Of a DNA stretch of 64,000 nucleotides, positions 17,873-27,795 are shown in pieces. The notes below the pieces were generated by a model. It was not told where the DNA came from. It saw only the letters and a list, made by a program, of their open reading frames with translations, and made no database searches. The stretch covers positions 10,041 through 74,040 of the forward strand of contig JBDRHA010000006.1 of assembly GCA_043817235.1 (NCBI GenBank). Reading direction: 5' to 3'. The stretch's first letter is position 1. Each line of letters opens with the position of its first letter. The stretch comes from Candidatus Shapirobacteria bacterium (GTDB lineage: Bacteria > Patescibacteriota > Microgenomatia > UBA12405 > BS750m-G30). Made by a program: the position numbers and the translations under genes.

Positions 17873-18161
17873 ATGGAAACCATCACTACTCTAAAAATTA
17901 TTTCTTCTTATATTTCGTATTTAGAAACATTTTCTTCGCCGCTTTTTCTTAACTAGCAAGAATTTGGAATTGAAAGAGATTAATCAAGAAATAGCCGATT
18001 GGGCGGCAATGCTCAGAAGAAATTATCACATCGCTACTCCTGATACTCTTCAGATAGCGACGGCAGCAGTCAGTAAAGCAAAACTATTTGTCTCTAACGA
18101 CAAAAACTGTCAGAAAATCAAAGAAATAAAAGTATTGGTTTTAAAAGACTATTTGGATTAA
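17873..18161 (+). pseudogene. Decayed PIN/VapC toxin remnant
   Basis: Fragments KIISSYISYLE and IADWAAMLRRNY..PDTLQIATA..FVSND separated by a stop. Confidence 0.65.
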
Positions 18162-18235
18162 AAAACAGCAAGAGGCTGAATGCTGGGACATCTTATAGCT
18201 TGAAAAATTAAAAAAGAAATGATAAAAATATAGTA

Positions 18236-18547
18236 ATGGAAAAAGAAGCAGGAGTTCTATTAAGCGAGGCTGTTAACAGTTTGCCGGAAGATAGCCGCTG
18301 GAAAGGTCGTTTTGAAAAATGGGGGGCGCAGTTTCCGGAGGCTACCATATCAGAATTAACTTTAAGTGATATCCGGAAAGGCGCTAATCCTAAGAAGGGT
18401 GAAGTTTTTCGGGAAGTGGCTAATGGCGAAGGAAAAGGAAGCACCCATGAATCGGTGGCAAGCTTAAGTTTGAAAGCAGATCATAAATATGGGTTACCCA
18501 AGTCCCACAGAGCTAAAACTAGCCGAAGTGTTCGACGCAGGTGGTGA
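18236..18547 (+). CDS. Hypothetical protein
   Basis: 103-aa ORF with upstream -10-like site; no motif recognised. Confidence 0.45.
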   Translation: MEKEAGVLLSEAVNSLPEDSRWKGRFEKWGAQFPEATISELTLSDIRKGANPKKGEVFREVANGEGKGSTHESVASLSLKADHKYGLPKSHRAKTSRSVRRRW

Positions 18548-18589
18548 TTCTTAAAGTGCCGAAATAATCTTTTCGACTTATTCTGCCAC

Positions 18590-18625
18590 TTGACAGATTC
18601 TTTCTTTGGTAATAAAATATTACCA
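18590..18625 (+). promoter_or_regulatory. Promoter with overlapping palindromic operator of the AbrB-VapC module
   Basis: TTGACA-17-TAAAAT; inverted repeat TGGTAAT-aaaat-ATTACCA at 18607-18625. Confidence 0.75.
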
Positions 18626-18627
18626 GT

Positions 18628-18927
18628 ATGAAAGTCGGAGTTATTACCACTGCTAATGATAAAGGTCAGGTAGTTATCCCCAAATATATGAGGGAAAAAT
18701 TAGGTATTAACAAAAAGGTGCCTCTAAACTTTGTTTTAAGAGGGGAAGGTATTTATATTTATCCGGTAGACGAGGTCTTAGTTTCTAGTAAAAATAGTTC
18801 TTCCTCTTATTTAGAAATGCTGAAATTAACCCAGGGAGGCTGGTCTAGTGAAAATTGGGAATCTATCAGAAAAAGTAGAGAGAGAATAGAAAAAAAAGCA
18901 TCTGAGCAAAGAAGAAAAAGATGGTAG
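18628..18927 (+). CDS. AbrB/MazE/SpoVT-family antitoxin
   Basis: DKGQVVIPKYMREKLGI. Confidence 0.85.
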   Translation: MKVGVITTANDKGQVVIPKYMREKLGINKKVPLNFVLRGEGIYIYPVDEVLVSSKNSSSSYLEMLKLTQGGWSSENWESIRKSRERIEKKASEQRRKRW

Positions 18928-19307
18928 TAATCGACACGAGTATTGTTATAGATCATCTTCGACAGAAAACTAAAATTAGATCTTATTTAGTAAAACTCGT
19001 CGAAAAACATCCTAAAAACGAACTAGCAATATCAGTTCTGAGTGTTCAAGAGCTATATGAAGGCAGGAGCACGAGGGATGTAAATCAGGAAAAAATACTT
19101 TTGGCGACAATAAGTCCCTTAAGAATCTTGCCCTATAATTATGAAACAGCTAAAATGGCGGGAGAAATAGCGCGTGACTTGGCGGAAACGATTCAATTTG
19201 CAGATGCGGCAATTGCGGCGACAGCCATCGTTAACGGTGGGCAATTAGCCACTTTAAATAAGAAAGATTTTCAGAAAATACGAGATTTAGATTTTTTTAA
19301 TTTTTAA
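18921..19307 (+). CDS. PIN-domain (VapC) toxin
   Basis: VIDTSIVIDHLR..ELYEG..DAAIAATA..TLNKKDF. Confidence 0.9.
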   Translation: MVVIDTSIVIDHLRQKTKIRSYLVKLVEKHPKNELAISVLSVQELYEGRSTRDVNQEKILLATISPLRILPYNYETAKMAGEIARDLAETIQFADAAIAATAIVNGGQLATLNKKDFQKIRDLDFFNF

Positions 19308-22300
19308 ACTTTCAGCTTTTTGGATTTTTTGCCCTCCGGTTTTGAGCAAAATCTCTTTTTCAAACTCCTTTGGCCAGGAAGGAGCAAAAATAATTATTTT
19401 ATCGGTTAATTCTAAATTTTCTTTTCTTCGCAGCGTCTGGACTTCTCTAATTAAATCGCGCGCTTTACCCTCTTTTTTTAATTCTGGGGTTAATTTTGTA
19501 TTGAGCTTTATGCTTTTAGCTAATTTTATTTTTTTAATATTCAGCTCATCTAAAAGAAGATAGTCGATATTTAGCTTCTTAAAAAAGGAAGCGTTTGGCG
19601 AATACAAGGCGGAAAGCGGTTGCTTGACGGCAATATTTTTTGCTTTGCGCAAGGCATGACCTTCGGTAACTTCGTTTCTTAATTGAGCCATTGCTTTTTC
19701 TAAATCCAAATTTAAATATTTCTTTTCTATTTTTGGCCAAGACTGGAGATGAATGGAGTCTTTAACTTTTAATTTATTTTTATTTCCCTGAAGGTTCTGC
19801 CAGACGGTTTCCGGCAAAAAAGGAATAAAGATACCCAAAAGCAAGGAAAGCTGCTCCAGGCAATGATAGAGGGTGCTAAAACAAGCTTCGCGGTCCCTCG
19901 TGTTTTGGCTGTTGGGCGAGAGCCGCTCGCGGGAGCGGCGCACATACCAAAGGGAAAGATCTTCTATAAAGTTTTCTAAGCTTTTTAAGGCGTTTTGATG
20001 ACGAAAACGATTCAGTTCGCCTTGGGCCTCTTTTTTGGTGTTTTCCAGCCGAGAGAGAATCCAAGCGTCAAGCGGGCTAGTGTCATTGCGAGGAGTCGCT
20101 GAGGAGGCGTGGAAATCCAGTTTCCGTGTCATTGCGAGGATCGGAGCGACGTGGCAATCTTTCCAACGGGATCGCCACGCCCCCGACGTCACGTCGTGGG
20201 ACTCGCGATGACAAGGACACCAGCCATTTAAATTCGCATAAGTAGCTAAAAAGCGAAAAGAGTTCCAATAAAGGAAAATAAATCTTCGCCTGATTTCATC
20301 GGCAATAGAATAGCCAAAATTAAGGCCAAGATGGGGCCTTTGCCGGCAGTATAGCCAGCGCATCGTGTCTACTCCCATTTTTTCGACAGCCTCATCATAA
20401 GGAATGCCGTTTTTCTTGGTCTTGCTCATTCGCTCGCCTTTTTCGTCGCGCACTTCGCCGTGGTTAAGAACACTCTTGTATGGAGCCATATTTTCAAAAA
20501 TTACTCCGTAAACGAGCATCGAATAAAACCAGAGCCGGATTTGCTCAATCATTTCCAAAACTAAGTCAGCCGGGAACCACTTTTGCCAGTATTTTTTGTC
20601 TTCAAAATATTTTAAGGTAGAAAAAGGAACGACGCCTGCGTCCAGCCAGCAATCGCCCACGTCCAAAATTCGGTTTACGGGCTTACCGCACTGGGGGCAT
20701 TTGATTTTAATTTCATCAACCCAGGGTCGGTGCAAAGAGGGGAGTTTGTCGACTAAATTTTGGTTTACTGCCAATTTTTTTAGTTCTTTTTTAGAGCCGA
20801 TTACGGTTAGTTTTTTGCACTTAAGGCATTCATAAAAAGGCAAAGATAAGCCGTAAAAGCGCTTGCGGCTGATCATCCAGTCTCCCATATTATTGAGCCA
20901 GCCCTGCATTCTTTTTCCGGCAAATTTCGGAATCCAGTTGGCCGTGGCCGCGGCCTTTTTTAGCTCGGGCTTGATTTTGGTGCAATTAATAAACCAATTT
21001 TCTTCTAAGCGAAATAAAGTTTTTGCGCCGCACCGCCAGCAGTGGGGGTAAGAATGGGTAATGGTTTCCGTTTTATAAAGTAGATTTTTGTCTTTTAAAT
21101 AGTTAATTACTTCTTTTCCCACTTCGTGGGCGTATTTATTAGTTAAACTACCGTAGCCCGGGCCAAATTGGCCGGCTTCCGTTAAAGGAGAAAGAGCGGG
21201 TGCGCCCAAGCTTTTTCCCAGGAGAAAATCGTCTTCTCCACAGCCCGGAGCAATATGAACGATTCCGGTTCCTTCATCTGGATTAGCCAGCTTCCATTTT
21301 ACGACAGAATGCTTAATATTTTTTTGAGCGGGAATATCATAAAGCGATTCGTATTCTTGACCTAATAAATCTTTGGCGGCAACGGAGATTTGGTTTTTCA
21401 AGCCCAAGCGGTCGGCCGACTCTTTAGCCAAATACCAGTATTCGACTCCGCTGTCATCCCGAGCGTAGTCGAGGGATCTTCTTTTTTTTGTCATTGCGAG
21501 CGTAGCGAAGCAATCCCGAGTGGAATCTGTAATTTCAACGGGATCGCCATGTCCCGCAGCTGCGGGACTCGCGATGACACGATTCTTCGCGACGACACGG
21601 ACTTTCACATACTCATATTCTGGATTGATCGCCAAAAGGACGTTAGCAGATAAAGTCCAGGGGGTTGTAGTCCAGGCTAAGAAATACTCATTCTTTTTAT
21701 TTTTTAAAGGGAATTTAACATGAACGGAAAAATCTTGAATATCTTTATAGCCTTCGGCCTGTTCATGGCGGGATAAACCGGTTTCGCACCTCGGGCACCA
21801 GGTGGTGGCGGATTTTGCCTTATAAAGTAATTCTTTTTGGCGGCAGATTTGCAAAAATTTCCAAATATATAAATTATTAGTTTCCGAATAAGTATAATAG
21901 GAATTATCCCAATCCATAAAATAGCCCAAGCGCTTGGACTGCTCGGCTTGCAAGGCAGCATAAGTTTTGACCCGGTCTTGGCATGATTGGGTAAATTTAG
22001 CTAAACCATATTTTTCAATATCTTTTTTGGAATTAAAGCCTAAGGCTTTTTCCACCTCTACTTCAACCCAAAGTCCCTGGCAGTCAAACCCGTTTTGAAA
22101 TCTTTGCTGATAGCCTTGGGCGTTTTTGTATTTTTGATAAAGGTCTTTTAAGGTTCGGCCCCAGGCATGGTGCGCACCCATGGGGTTATTGGCAGTAATT
22201 GGGCCGTCAATAAAAGAAAAGCGCTTTTTAGAATTTTTATTTTTGGCTAAATATTTTTCAAGCAAGCCGTTTTTTTCCCAAAACTTAAGAATCTTTTTTT

Positions 22301-22370
22301 CGTTTTGAACAAAATCAAATTGAGCTTCGGGTAAAGCAAAATAATTTTCTTTCTTTTTCTTAGTTTTCAT
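19287..22370 (-). CDS. ileS: Isoleucyl-tRNA synthetase, type 2, GXHH motif, two REP-derived inserts
   Basis: DGPITAN..GAHHA, GFDCQGL, WTTTPWTL, GTGIVHIAP, YPHCWRC, DWMISR, RMSKT. Confidence 0.95.
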   Translation of the reverse strand: MKTKKKKENYFALPEAQFDFVQNEKKILKFWEKNGLLEKYLAKNKNSKKRFSFIDGPITANNPMGAHHAWGRTLKDLYQKYKNAQGYQQRFQNGFDCQGLWVEVEVEKALGFNSKKDIEKYGLAKFTQSCQDRVKTYAALQAEQSKRLGYFMDWDNSYYTYSETNNLYIWKFLQICRQKELLYKAKSATTWCPRCETGLSRHEQAEGYKDIQDFSVHVKFPLKNKKNEYFLAWTTTPWTLSANVLLAINPEYEYVKVRVVAKNRVIASPAAAGHGDPVEITDSTRDCFATLAMTKKRRSLDYARDDSGVEYWYLAKESADRLGLKNQISVAAKDLLGQEYESLYDIPAQKNIKHSVVKWKLANPDEGTGIVHIAPGCGEDDFLLGKSLGAPALSPLTEAGQFGPGYGSLTNKYAHEVGKEVINYLKDKNLLYKTETITHSYPHCWRCGAKTLFRLEENWFINCTKIKPELKKAAATANWIPKFAGKRMQGWLNNMGDWMISRKRFYGLSLPFYECLKCKKLTVIGSKKELKKLAVNQNLVDKLPSLHRPWVDEIKIKCPQCGKPVNRILDVGDCWLDAGVVPFSTLKYFEDKKYWQKWFPADLVLEMIEQIRLWFYSMLVYGVIFENMAPYKSVLNHGEVRDEKGERMSKTKKNGIPYDEAVEKMGVDTMRWLYCRQRPHLGLNFGYSIADEIRRRFIFLYWNSFRFLATYANLNGWCPCHRESHDVTSGAWRSRWKDCHVAPILAMTRKLDFHASSATPRNDTSPLDAWILSRLENTKKEAQGELNRFRHQNALKSLENFIEDLSLWYVRRSRERLSPNSQNTRDREACFSTLYHCLEQLSLLLGIFIPFLPETVWQNLQGNKNKLKVKDSIHLQSWPKIEKKYLNLDLEKAMAQLRNEVTEGHALRKAKNIAVKQPLSALYSPNASFFKKLNIDYLLLDELNIKKIKLAKSIKLNTKLTPELKKEGKARDLIREVQTLRRKENLELTDKIIIFAPSWPKEFEKEILLKTGGQKIQKAESLKIKKI
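20081..20213. repeat. REP cluster inside ileS (in frame)
   Basis: TGTCATTGCGAG twice ... CTCGCGATGACA. Confidence 0.9.
21452..21598. repeat. REP cluster inside ileS (in frame)
   Basis: TGTCATCCCGAGCGTAGTCGAGGGATC + TGTCATTGCGAG..TCCCGCAGCTGCGGGA CTCGCGATGACA. Confidence 0.9.
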
Positions 22371-22413
22371 CCTCCTTATTTTACCCCAATTTCCTTAAAA
22401 AATCTGCCGATAT

Positions 22414-22450
22414 TCAACCTCGGGAGTTGATTACCCTTGCAACATCGGGA
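22414..22450 (+). repeat. 37-bp dispersed repeat (copy at 31354-31390)
   Basis: TCAACCTCGGGRGTTRATTRCCCTTGCAACATCGGGA, 34/37 identical. Confidence 0.85.
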
Positions 22451-22511
22451 ATCTGAAAAAAGTTGAACACAGGGCGCGTGCGAGTCAAATATTTTGCTAT
22501 ACTGGAATTTA

Positions 22512-24947
22512 ATGAAGCGTTTAGGCTTAACTGCTTACCAAGTGGATCAGGCTAGACAAAAGCATGGCTCCAATGTTTTGCCGGAAGAAAAAAGAAAATC
22601 AGCTTGGCGCCTAGTCTTTAGTCAGCTCCAAAACCCTCTAATTTATATTTTGATTTTTGCCAATTTAGTCACTTTAGCTTTAGGCGACTATTCCGACTCC
22701 TTGGTTATTTTTTTGGCGGTAGCAGTTAATACTTTTTTGGGATTTTGGCAAGAAAAAAAAGTTGATCAGGCTCTATCGGCCTTGAAAAAGGCGATTCCTT
22801 TTAAGGTTGTAGCGATAAGGGACCGGAAAGAAGAGGAGATTGAGGCCAAGGACTTGGTTCCGGGAGATTTGGTTAAATTATCCGCCGGCCAGAAAATTCC
22901 GGCGGACGGAAGGCTGCTGGAAAGCCACGATTTGGCAATTAATGAAGCGGTTTTGACCGGGGAATCTCATCCAGTGCGCAAAAAGGCCAGCAGTAAAAAA
23001 AGCCGAGAACATGCTGTTTATTCCGGCACGGTAGTTGTCGGCGGCAGTGGTCTATTTGAAGTGACCAAGATTGGGTTAAGCACTAAAATTGGCCAAATTG
23101 CCCAAACTTTACAGCACACTGCGCAAGAACCTACCCCGCTGCAGCAGCAATTGACCAAATTAGCTAAAACTTTAGCTATAGTCGTTGGCGTCTTGTGTTT
23201 GTTGATTTTTGTTTGGGAAGTTTTGGAGGGAGGAGAGGTGGCGGAGATGTTTGAGCTAGCGGTGGCTATTGCTGTTTCGGCTATTCCTGAGGGCTTGATT
23301 ATTTCTTTGACGGTAATTTTGGCCATTGGGATGCAGAAGATATTTCAAAATAACGCTTTAGTGCGCCGTTTGGTTTCTGCCGAAACCTTAGGGGCGACCA
23401 GTGTTCTTTGTGTTGACAAAACAGGAACAATTACTTTAGGCGAAGTGCAATTAGTGGACTTAAAGGCCGACAAAAAGCGAGCGGCCTTGCGAGCGGCGGT
23501 TTTAGGAGCGGATTTATCTTCGGCGGAGGGCTTAGGAATTTGGGAATTTGCTAAAGAGAAAAAAGTTTTTGACCCCCAAAGAATAAAAGAAGCGGTCAAA
23601 AAAATTTATTTTGCCCCTTTTTCTTTTAAAAAAAAGCTTACCTACGCGATATATGAAGAAAAAGAGAGGAAATTTTGCTATACCGTTGGTGCACCGGAGG
23701 TATTATTGCGCTCCTGCTGTTCAGCCGATCAAAAAAAGTGGTTAAAGTTAATTGATCGCTATTCTGCTCAGGGCTATCGTTTATTAGGCATAGCTGTTTC
23801 GCAAAAAAAGGGCAAAGCGCGAAAAATAGCTGATTTTGGCTGTTTTCAATTTTTGGGCTTACTCAAATTGGAAGACCCGCCTCGGAGGCGGGTGAAAAAA
23901 ACTCTCCAAGAGTGTAGGCAAGCCGGACTGAAAATAAAAATTATTACCGGTGATTATTTGGCCACGGCTCGCGCTCTTTTGGAAAAAATTGGGATTGAGC
24001 TTAAAGCGGGAGAGTATTTGGAAGGCGAAGAACTAAAAGCTTTAAGCGAAGCGCAAAAGAAAGAAAGGATAAGCAAAACTGTTTTATTTGCCCGCACCGA
24101 TCCTTTTCAAAAGTTAGAAATTGTTCAGTCTTTAAAAGAGAGCGGGGAAGTAGTAGCGATGACTGGAGACGGAGTGAATGATGCTCTGGCCTTGAAAAAA
24201 GCGGACATTGGTGTTGTGGTGGCAGAAGGTACTCAGGTAGCTAAAGAAACAGCGGATATGGTTTTGCTGGACAATAATCTGTCCACAATTGTTCAGGCGA
24301 TTGCCCAGGGCCGAGTGATCTTTCAAAATATTCGTAAAGTAACGGTTTATTTGCTTGCCGATAGCTTTACGGAAGTAGTTTTAGTTATTGGTGCGCTGAT
24401 TTTAAGACTGCCCTTGCCCTTGCTGCCGGTGCAAATTCTTTGGGTCAATCTCATTGCCGATTCCTTTCCTTCTTTTGCTCTGGCTTTTGAAAAAGAAGAT
24501 GGCTGGTTGATGAAACAGCCGCCCCGTCGAAAAGATCAGCCGATTTTAGACAAAGAGGCCAAAATAATTATTTTTATTATTGGCTTGGTCACTGATCTAA
24601 TTTTATTAGGTTTCTTTTGGTATTTTAATCGCTCTAGTCTAGATATTCATTATATCCGCTCTTTTATCTTTGCCGCTTTATCAACAGACTCTCTTTTATA
24701 CGTATTTGCCTGCAAAACATTTGCCAAAAGCATCTGGCATACTCGGGTTTTGGACAATAAGTATTTGAATCTTTCGGTTCTTTTAGGTTTTGTTATGTTA
24801 ATCGTTACTTTTGTTTTTCCGCCTTTGGCTCGGCTCTTTGAGCTAACCCCTTTGGGTTGGGACAGCGTCCTCTTAATCGCCGTTTTAGCCGTAGTGGAAA
24901 TCGGCTTGATTGAGTTTGTCAAATTGTTTTTTCTTATTGACAAATAG
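22512..24947 (+). CDS. Cation-transporting P-type ATPase (P2-type)
   Basis: TGES, PEGL, DKTGT, TGDGVND, WVNLIAD. Confidence 0.92.
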   Translation: MKRLGLTAYQVDQARQKHGSNVLPEEKRKSAWRLVFSQLQNPLIYILIFANLVTLALGDYSDSLVIFLAVAVNTFLGFWQEKKVDQALSALKKAIPFKVVAIRDRKEEEIEAKDLVPGDLVKLSAGQKIPADGRLLESHDLAINEAVLTGESHPVRKKASSKKSREHAVYSGTVVVGGSGLFEVTKIGLSTKIGQIAQTLQHTAQEPTPLQQQLTKLAKTLAIVVGVLCLLIFVWEVLEGGEVAEMFELAVAIAVSAIPEGLIISLTVILAIGMQKIFQNNALVRRLVSAETLGATSVLCVDKTGTITLGEVQLVDLKADKKRAALRAAVLGADLSSAEGLGIWEFAKEKKVFDPQRIKEAVKKIYFAPFSFKKKLTYAIYEEKERKFCYTVGAPEVLLRSCCSADQKKWLKLIDRYSAQGYRLLGIAVSQKKGKARKIADFGCFQFLGLLKLEDPPRRRVKKTLQECRQAGLKIKIITGDYLATARALLEKIGIELKAGEYLEGEELKALSEAQKKERISKTVLFARTDPFQKLEIVQSLKESGEVVAMTGDGVNDALALKKADIGVVVAEGTQVAKETADMVLLDNNLSTIVQAIAQGRVIFQNIRKVTVYLLADSFTEVVLVIGALILRLPLPLLPVQILWVNLIADSFPSFALAFEKEDGWLMKQPPRRKDQPILDKEAKIIIFIIGLVTDLILLGFFWYFNRSSLDIHYIRSFIFAALSTDSLLYVFACKTFAKSIWHTRVLDNKYLNLSVLLGFVMLIVTFVFPPLARLFELTPLGWDSVLLIAVLAVVEIGLIEFVKLFFLIDK

Positions 24948-24964
24948 GCAATTAGCGTAATAAA

Positions 24965-26536
24965 TTGGGAAAAGTGAAAAAATTAAAAGATCGTCTTTCT
25001 TTAAAAAGCTGGCTGCTGGTTTTTTTAGGACTAGCTCTTTTTGTAACGGTTTTGCAGATAAATGAAAGTCGGGAACCGCGCGGCGGGGCTCAAGCAGGAG
25101 AGAAGAAAATTGAAGTTGCTTTTTATAATTGCTCTGCTCATGCTTTGATCGTTGGTGAAGAATGCTATCTTTCCGCTTTAGTTCGGGATGAGAATAACCG
25201 ATCTTTGTTTGATGGATATCGCTACGATTGGAGCATTTCTTCAGATGGCTCTTTAGGGGAGCTTATTTTTGGCACTGACAAAATCGCGACTTTAAAAGTG
25301 CGAGAAGCAGGAAAGGGTGATTTAGTGGTGCGGGCGATCTCTGTGAGTACGGGAGAAATTATCACGAGAAGTATTGCTATTACCGCTTTAAATGAGCCTT
25401 TGGAGAGCGATTGCCAAAGAAGAGGGAGCAAAATTTCTGTTACGCCCTTGGGTGGCGAGGGGAAGTGCCATGATGTTCAGCAGGCGATAGATGTCGCTCA
25501 AAGCGGGGATGAGATTTGGTTATCGCCGGGAACATACCAAGTTAAAAGTAAAAACTGTTTTTCACTTCCGTATTCCTCCGAAGGTGGCCCAACATGCGGT
25601 CTAGAGATTAACGGAAAAAATAATCTTAGAGTCTTGTCGTCCTATGGTTCGTCTATTCTGGAATTTCAAGGCAGTGAGCATGGTTTGGTTCTTTCCTCTG
25701 TTAGTAATATTACCCTTAGAGGGTTATCGTTTCAAAAACAAGCGAATAATGCAATATATATTGTTAATAGTAATAATATTCATTTAGAAGAATTATCTTA
25801 CAATCAGTTTAATGGCAATTTAATTCTGGCGGAAGATTCTGATGGTCTGATGATTGCCCGAAATGTTTTTTATAACTATGATGGCCAGGACCAAGTTGAT
25901 TCTTTAGTTTTTTCACATATTCAAGGAGTGATTAGCAATAGCGTGTTTACTGGTGCTAACATTTTAGTCCGGGTAGATTCTGACTCAGATTTACAGGTTT
26001 TGCATAATACTTTTAACCAGAACAGAGCGGCTAGAATTATTCTTGGCGACAATGGGGTAAATAAAGTAGCTTTTAAGAATAATCTCGTCTTGGAAAGTGA
26101 GGGAGAGATGGTAGTTGGATCGCAAGGCGAAGTTGAGGCTGATTATAACTCTTTTTGGAATGTTCATGGGTCAGTTCAAGGGCTGATTAATTTAGGGATG
26201 CACAATATGTACACCGAGCCCAAAATTGATAGTAGAAATTTATGTCTCATGCCCGGGTCGCCCCTAATTGGTGCTGGAGAAAATGGTGGTAATATTGGAG
26301 CTTATTCTGAATGTAGATACCGAGGTTTTTGCTCTTGCTCGTTTGATTTAGGAGTAATTTATAAATCAAAAGGTGACGCCAATTGTGATAACAGGACTGA
26401 CCAAATCGATTACAATGCTTGGTTTGATAGCTTTATTAGAGGAAGTACTAAGTACGGCTTAGAGGCCGATTTAAACTGCAGTGGCAAAGTGAGCATTGAT
26501 GACTATGAGGTCTGGCGGCGATTTTTTATGTGGTGA
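24965..26536 (+). CDS. Exported protein with right-handed beta-helix and C-terminal dockerin-like motif
   Basis: N-terminal TM; VQQAIDVAQSGDEIWLSPGTY; Asn-rich coils; GDANCD..ADLNCSGKV. Confidence 0.7.
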   Translation: MGKVKKLKDRLSLKSWLLVFLGLALFVTVLQINESREPRGGAQAGEKKIEVAFYNCSAHALIVGEECYLSALVRDENNRSLFDGYRYDWSISSDGSLGELIFGTDKIATLKVREAGKGDLVVRAISVSTGEIITRSIAITALNEPLESDCQRRGSKISVTPLGGEGKCHDVQQAIDVAQSGDEIWLSPGTYQVKSKNCFSLPYSSEGGPTCGLEINGKNNLRVLSSYGSSILEFQGSEHGLVLSSVSNITLRGLSFQKQANNAIYIVNSNNIHLEELSYNQFNGNLILAEDSDGLMIARNVFYNYDGQDQVDSLVFSHIQGVISNSVFTGANILVRVDSDSDLQVLHNTFNQNRAARIILGDNGVNKVAFKNNLVLESEGEMVVGSQGEVEADYNSFWNVHGSVQGLINLGMHNMYTEPKIDSRNLCLMPGSPLIGAGENGGNIGAYSECRYRGFCSCSFDLGVIYKSKGDANCDNRTDQIDYNAWFDSFIRGSTKYGLEADLNCSGKVSIDDYEVWRRFFMW

Positions 26537-26553
26537 ATTTATAGAGGTCGGAA

Positions 26554-27072
26554 CTAGGGCGAGGTTATTTCTCGTGGTGGAAGAACGCGCTCTCTGATTG
26601 TATAAATCGTATTTGCTAGGGTTTCATGTCTTTCTTTTTTGGTTTCGTATTCTTGCTCGTAAACAATAGCTAAAAGAACAGATGCTCGATGCAGGGGGTA
26701 ATTTAGTGCTTTTAGGCTGGGGACACAATCTATTAGCCCTTGGGCGCTTTTCCTATAAAAGTCAGTAACCTGTTGAAAAGTTGAACCAGCTTTTTCTGCC
26801 AAGCTGCTTATTGGATGAAACCAGCTCATCCTTAGAACTTCTCCGGCTGCTTGGCGAAAAGGCCCGCTTATTTGAGCATCTTTTTCTTTCATTCTTCGGG
26901 CGGAAAATAAATATTGAAGAAGGCAAGATTCCACTCCGTTTAACTGCAATCTTTGCGCTATTCGGGCGGCTTGAAAGAAAGTGCCAGTTTCTTTGTCTTG
27001 CCCGTTGCGGACCAGTCTAAAAAATAATGATTGTTCTTGTTCAAAACCAGGAGGAGCAAATTCAGGCCTCAT
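26554..27072 (-). CDS. Hypothetical protein
   Basis: 172-aa ORF with TATAAT upstream. Confidence 0.5.
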   Translation of the reverse strand: MRPEFAPPGFEQEQSLFFRLVRNGQDKETGTFFQAARIAQRLQLNGVESCLLQYLFSARRMKEKDAQISGPFRQAAGEVLRMSWFHPISSLAEKAGSTFQQVTDFYRKSAQGLIDCVPSLKALNYPLHRASVLLAIVYEQEYETKKERHETLANTIYTIRERVLPPREITSP

Positions 27073-27142
27073 AATAACCTATATTATACCAGCCTCTTTC
27101 TTGTTTATCCAGAAAAAAGTTTATAGAATAATAGAAGACTAG

Positions 27143-27238
27143 GAGTGGAAGAACAAGAGAAAGAGAAGAAGAAAGAGGAAAATTAGAATTATTTCGGCTC
27201 GGAGTATGAGTCGAAAAGAAAGGGGTATTTATGAATAA
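27143..27238 (+). pseudogene. BrnT toxin C-terminal remnant
   Basis: RKIRIISARSMSRKERGIYE* overlaps the BrnA start; no N-terminus (stop at 27140). Confidence 0.7.
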
Positions 27239-27521
27239 AGATAAAAAGGTAAGATTAGTGCCTAAATTTAAAAATGAGGCGCAAGAGCGAAAATTTTGGG
27301 CTAATCATGATTTAGCTGATTATCTTGAACAGTTCCAGTCAGTTAATCTTGATTTATCAGAGTTAAGACCGTCTACTAAGCCAATTACCATCAGGTTGCC
27401 CGTTTCTCTAATTTCAGCTTTAAAAGGGTTAGCTCACAAAAGAGACGTTCCTTACCAATCTTTACTGAAAATATTTTTAGCCGAAAGAGTGGAAAAAGAA
27501 ATTAAAAATATCCATGCTTGA
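27231..27521 (+). CDS. BrnA/CopG-family antitoxin
   Basis: PKFKNEAQERKFW..ITIRLP..LAHKRDVPYQSLLK. Confidence 0.8.
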   Translation: MNKDKKVRLVPKFKNEAQERKFWANHDLADYLEQFQSVNLDLSELRPSTKPITIRLPVSLISALKGLAHKRDVPYQSLLKIFLAERVEKEIKNIHA

Positions 27522-27780
27522 ACGGGAAGAGCTAACCGAACCCAGAGAAATAGAATTAGTGGAGCTAGCGGATGATCAAAAAGTAACTTGGTATACTCCT
27601 GATTTGGGAGGAGTGGAAATTGAAGTTAAAGGAAAGTTTATTAAAAGGGCAGCCGAGGTGCTAGAAGAATACGGCCGAGAAATAAAATTGACAGTCATTG
27701 GGGCGACAGTATTAGCTATGGTTGTGGCTATTGTTCGCAAAAAGCGAAGCAAAGCAATTCCAGAAGCTGAACTTCCTTAG
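27514..27780 (+). CDS. Hypothetical protein with C-terminal TM helix
   Basis: 88-aa ORF overlapping the brnA stop. Confidence 0.5.
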   Translation: MLEREELTEPREIELVELADDQKVTWYTPDLGGVEIEVKGKFIKRAAEVLEEYGREIKLTVIGATVLAMVVAIVRKKRSKAIPEAELP

Positions 27781-27795
27781 TGTATAATCAGAAAA

